From Mobula hypostoma (taxonomy: Eukaryota): a DNA stretch of 64,000 nt. The notes below the pieces were generated by a model that saw only the letters and a program-made list of their open reading frames with translations, made no database searches and was not told the origin of the DNA. The position numbers were made by a program, and so were the translations under genes. Of the stretch, positions 60,065-64,000 are shown in pieces. Location: contig NC_086107.1 of NCBI RefSeq assembly GCF_963921235.1, forward strand, positions 96,288,001 to 96,352,000. Direction: 5' to 3'. Each line of letters starts with the position of its first letter. The stretch's first letter is position 1.

Positions 60065-60205
60065 ATGATGGAGCTGTCAAGGCCAGCTATATTATTGCCA
60101 ACGAAACAGCTGCTGCGTCGAAGCCATACTCAGAGGGGGAATTCATCAAAGCATGCATGCTGACGGCGGCTGAGCTGGTGTGCCCTGAGAAGAGACAGGC
60201 GATTC
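60065..60205 (+). mobile_element. hAT (SPIN/Charlie-like) transposase N-terminal fragment
   Basis: IIANETAAASKPYSEGEFIKACMLTAAELVCPEKRQ. Confidence 0.75.
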
Positions 60206-60469
60206 TCAAGGACACGTTCACCGAGTGAAGTTACTTCTTAGCTTCGCTCCATTACCGTTTCATTTTACATTCATGAGCACCTTTATTTAATCTACTTTTA
60301 TCTACACTAAAAGACTCACACAATAAAATTTTTTTTCTTTCTCTTGTGTAAGTTTGGATTCTGAATCTTGAAGATATGAGTAAAGAACCAAGTACAAAAG
60401 TTGAAGCAAGCAGCTGAGAAGAAGGGAGTGAAGAAATCGGGTACAAAAAGTCTTTTTTATAAATACTGC

Positions 60470-63129
60470 TTGGGGAGAAGGATCTGCACTGCGCAGGCGC
60501 GTGACGTAGTGTGCCAAGGTTTAAAAACAGACTACCATATACAGCGGGCAGCGGAGTGAGAGGAAGCAGAGTGGGACGGCTTTGGCTCAACAGGCTTTGG
60601 CGAGAACAGGAAGAGGCCAGGGTAGGTTCCGGTAAGTTTTTTGTCCAGTTTGTTTAGAGTAGAGAGAATGCCAGTCAGGATGTTGGAATGCTCCTTTTGC
60701 AGGATATGGGAAGTCAGGGAGCCCTCCGGTGTCCCTGACAACACCACCTGCAAGAAGTGCATCCAGCTGCAGCTCCTAACAAACCGTGTTAGAGAACTGA
60801 AGCAGGAGCTGGATGACCTCCGGATCATTCGGGAGAATGAAGAGATTATAGATAGTAGCTACAGGGACACAGTTACGCCAAAGGAGCAGAGGACAGGAAA
60901 TTGGGTCACTGTCAGGCAAGGGAAGGGGAAAGGGCAGGCAGAGCAGGGTTTCCCTGTGGCCATTCCCCTCAACAACAAGTATACCGCATTGGATACTGTT
61001 GGGGGGAATGACTTACCTGGGACAAGCTGCAGCAGCCAGATCTCTGGCACTGAGTCTGGTTCTGCAGTGCAGAAGGGAGGGTGGAAAAAGAGGAGAGTGG
61101 TAGTGATAGGGGACTCGATAGAGGTACAGATAGGAGGTTCTGTGGTCGTGACAGAGAATCCAGGATGGTTTGTTGCCTCCCGGGTGCCAGGGTCAAGGAT
61201 GTCTCTGATCGCTTGCATGACATTCCGAAGTGGGAGGGTGATCAGCCAGATGTCGTGGTGCACATCGGTACCAATGACATAGCAAGGAAGAGTGAGGAGG
61301 TCCTGGAGAGTGAGTATAGAGAGCTTGGCAGGAAGTTGAAAAGCAGGACCTCAAGGGTGGTAATCTCAGGATTGCTATCTGTGCCACGTGCCCGTGAGGG
61401 TGAGAATAGGATGCTCTGGAGGATGAACAAGTGGCTGAGGAACTGGTGTAGGGGGCAGGGTTTCAGATTTCAGGATCATTGGGACCTCTTCTGGGACAGA
61501 TGGGACCTGTACAAGAGAGACAGGTTACACTTGAACTACAAAGGGACCAATATCCTTTCAGGTAGGTTTGTTAGTGCTATCAGGGAGGCTTTAAACTAGA
61601 TTTGCAGGGGGATAGGAACCAGAGTGCCAGAGCTGACAGTGGGGCTGGGGTGAAAATAAATGATGTCGAAAGTTCAAGCAAACTCGCAAATAGAAAGGTT
61701 GTGAGTGGTGGTAAAAATCTTCTGAGGTGTATATATTTCAATGCTATGAGTATTGCGGGGAAGGCAGACGAGTTGAGGGCATAGATTGACACGTGGAATT
61801 ATGATGTTATAGCAATTAGTGAAACTTGGCTACAGGAGGGGCAGGACTGGTAGCTTAATATTTCAGGGTTCCGATGTTTCAGATGTGATAGAGGCAGATG
61901 AATGAAAGGTCGGGGGCGGGTAGCATTGCTTGTCAGGGAAAATGTTACAGCAGTGCTCAGGCGGGACAGATTAGAGGGCTTGTCTACTGAGTCCTTATGG
62001 GTGGAGCTGAGAAACAGGAAAGGTATGGCCACATTAGTTGTATTATAGACCACCCAATAGTCAGCGAGAATTGGAGGAGCAAATCTGTAGAGAGATAGCG
62101 GGCAACTGCAGAAAACATAAAGTTGTGGTGGTAGGGGATTTTAATTTTCCACATATTGATTGAGACTCCCGTACTGTAAGGAGTCTAGATGGGTTAGAGT
62201 TTGTAAAATGTGTTCAGGAAAGTTTTCTAAATCAATATATAGAGGTACCAACTAGAGAGGATGCAATATTAGATCTCCTATTAGGGAACGAGTTAGGACA
62301 AGTGACGGAAGTGTGTGTAGGGGAACACTTTGGTTCCGGTGATCATAATGCCATTCGTTTCAACTTGAACATGGATAAAGATAGATCTAGTCCTAGGGTT
62401 GAGGTTCTAAACTGGAAGAAGGCCAAATTTGAAGAAATGAGAAAGGATCTAAAAAGCGTAGATTGGGACAGGTTGTTCTCTGGCAAAGATGTGATCGGTA
62501 AGTGGGAAGCCTTCAAAGGCGAAATTTTGAGAGTGCAGAGCTTGTATGTTCTTGTCAGGATTAAAGGCAAAGTGAATAGGAATAAGGAACCTTGGTTCTC
62601 AAGGGATATTGCAACTCTGATAAAGAAGAAGAGAGAGTTGTATGACATGTATAGGAAACAGGGAGTAAATAAGGTGCTTGAGGAGTATAAAAAGTGCAAG
62701 AAAATACTTAAGAAGGAAATCAGGAGGGCTAAAAGAAGACATGAGGTTGCCTTGGCAGTCGAAGTGAAGGATAATCCAAAGAGCTTTTACAGGTAAATTT
62801 TGAGTAAAAGGATTGTAAGGGATAAAATTGGTCCTCTTGAAGATCAGAGTAGTCGGCTATGTGCGGAACCAAAAGAAATGGGGGAGATCTTAAATTTTTT
62901 TTTTTTGCGTCTGTATTTACTCAGGAAACTGGCATGAAGTCTATGGAATTAAGGGAAACAAGTAGTGAGATCATGGAAACTGTACAGATTGAAAAGGAGG
63001 AGGTGCTTGCTATCTTTAGGCAAATTAAAGTGGATAAATCCCCAGGACCCGACAGGGTATTCCCTTGGACCTTGAAGGAGACTAGTGTTGAAATTGCAGG
63101 GGCCCTGGCAGATATATTTAAAATGTCAG
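60470..63129 (+). mobile_element. CR1 LINE 5' two-thirds (5' UTR, Zn-finger/esterase ORF1, EN, start of RT)
   Basis: 5' UTR resembles 1185-1330; CSFC...CKKC, VVIGDS, HIGTND, GSGDHNAI, DKSPGPD. Confidence 0.9.
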
Positions 63130-64000
63130 TCCGGAAAAGGGCAGGTGCTGTTGCGAAACTCAGAGAGAAAGTTCAGACAGAGAATCCGGAGCAGGAATTC
63201 TGGAATTTTCATTGTATTATACAGCAAGAGGCGTTATGTAGCAGGAGCCTGAAAATGGACAATGTCATGCATGTAGTGATCAAAACGGTTAATTTTATTA
63301 GAGCCAAAGGACTCAACCATCGGTAATTTGACACTCTTTTGTCCGAAAGTAATACTGGACACGGCCTACCCTACCACACTGAAGTCCACTGGTTGAGCAG
63401 AGGGGTTGTGCTCAAACGTTTTTTTCAATTACGTGCGGAAATTGGACTATTCATGAATGAGAAAGGGAAGCCAGTGGCAGAATTGGATGACCCAGACTGG
63501 CTTCATGATCTTGCATTTTTGGTGGCTATAACAGAGCACTTAAATGTGCTTAATGATAACGTGCAAGGCCGCAACAAACTTGTTACAGAATACTATGACA
63601 GCATTCGTGCCTTTCAAGTTAAATTAGGCCTGTGGGAGATGCAACTATCCCGGAGCAACCCAACTGATTTCCCCTCTTTGCAGTCTGTGCGTGTCGCTCA
63701 TGGGAATAATGACAACATGGACAGGTACAAGGACAAAATATCACAGCTGAAAAGTGAGTTTCAGAATAGTTTCCAAGTCTTCACTCAGCTCGAGAAGGAA
63801 TTCTCACTACTTTATTCGCCGTTTGCCGTCATCGCAGCATCAGATGTGCCAGAGGAACTCCAAATGGAACTATTTGAAAATCAGTATAACTTGGCTTTGA
63901 AATATAAATTTGAGACTGTGGGTCTGGACTCATTCTATCAATACCTGGGACCGACGTACCCCAAGATGACAGACTTTGCCTCAAAGATCCTTTGCATGTT
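63130..64000 (+). mobile_element. hAT (SPIN/Charlie-like) transposase C-terminal part, degenerate, runs off window
   Basis: FHCIIQQEALC, VNFIRAKGLNHR, LPYHTEVHWLSRG, DLAFLV, PEELQMEL. Confidence 0.88.

Noticed and set aside
62859..63326. CR1-hAT fusion ORF (155 aa) as a novel chimeric gene; GTF2IRD2 host-gene call
   Set aside because: Chance read-through across a TE junction; stops follow at once and both parents are disabled

Overview
This is eukaryotic, non-genic DNA made almost entirely of nested, mostly degenerate transposable elements. I found no host protein-coding gene, tRNA, rRNA or CRISPR array. The family mix is CR1 with SGNH-esterase ORF1, L1, Tx1, Rex1/Babar, Penelope-like (PLE), chromoviral Gypsy, an ERV-L-like retrovirus, Tc1, Tigger/pogo and SPIN-like hAT. 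It suggests a non-mammalian vertebrate, plausibly a cartilaginous fish (inference only). Many junctions can be resolved to the base through target-site duplications (TSDs). The main signals are: (1) minimal type I hammerhead ribozymes in PLE terminal repeats, including a TSD-flanked fold-back element with a ribozyme on each strand; (2) Tx1 copies preceded by a U2 snRNA-like motif and arranged head-to-tail; (3) a TSD-flanked L1 with intact ORF1 and endonuclease but no RT; (4) near-uniform + orientation of TE coding fragments from 25 to 64 kb. All family calls come from motif recognition by eye, not database searches.
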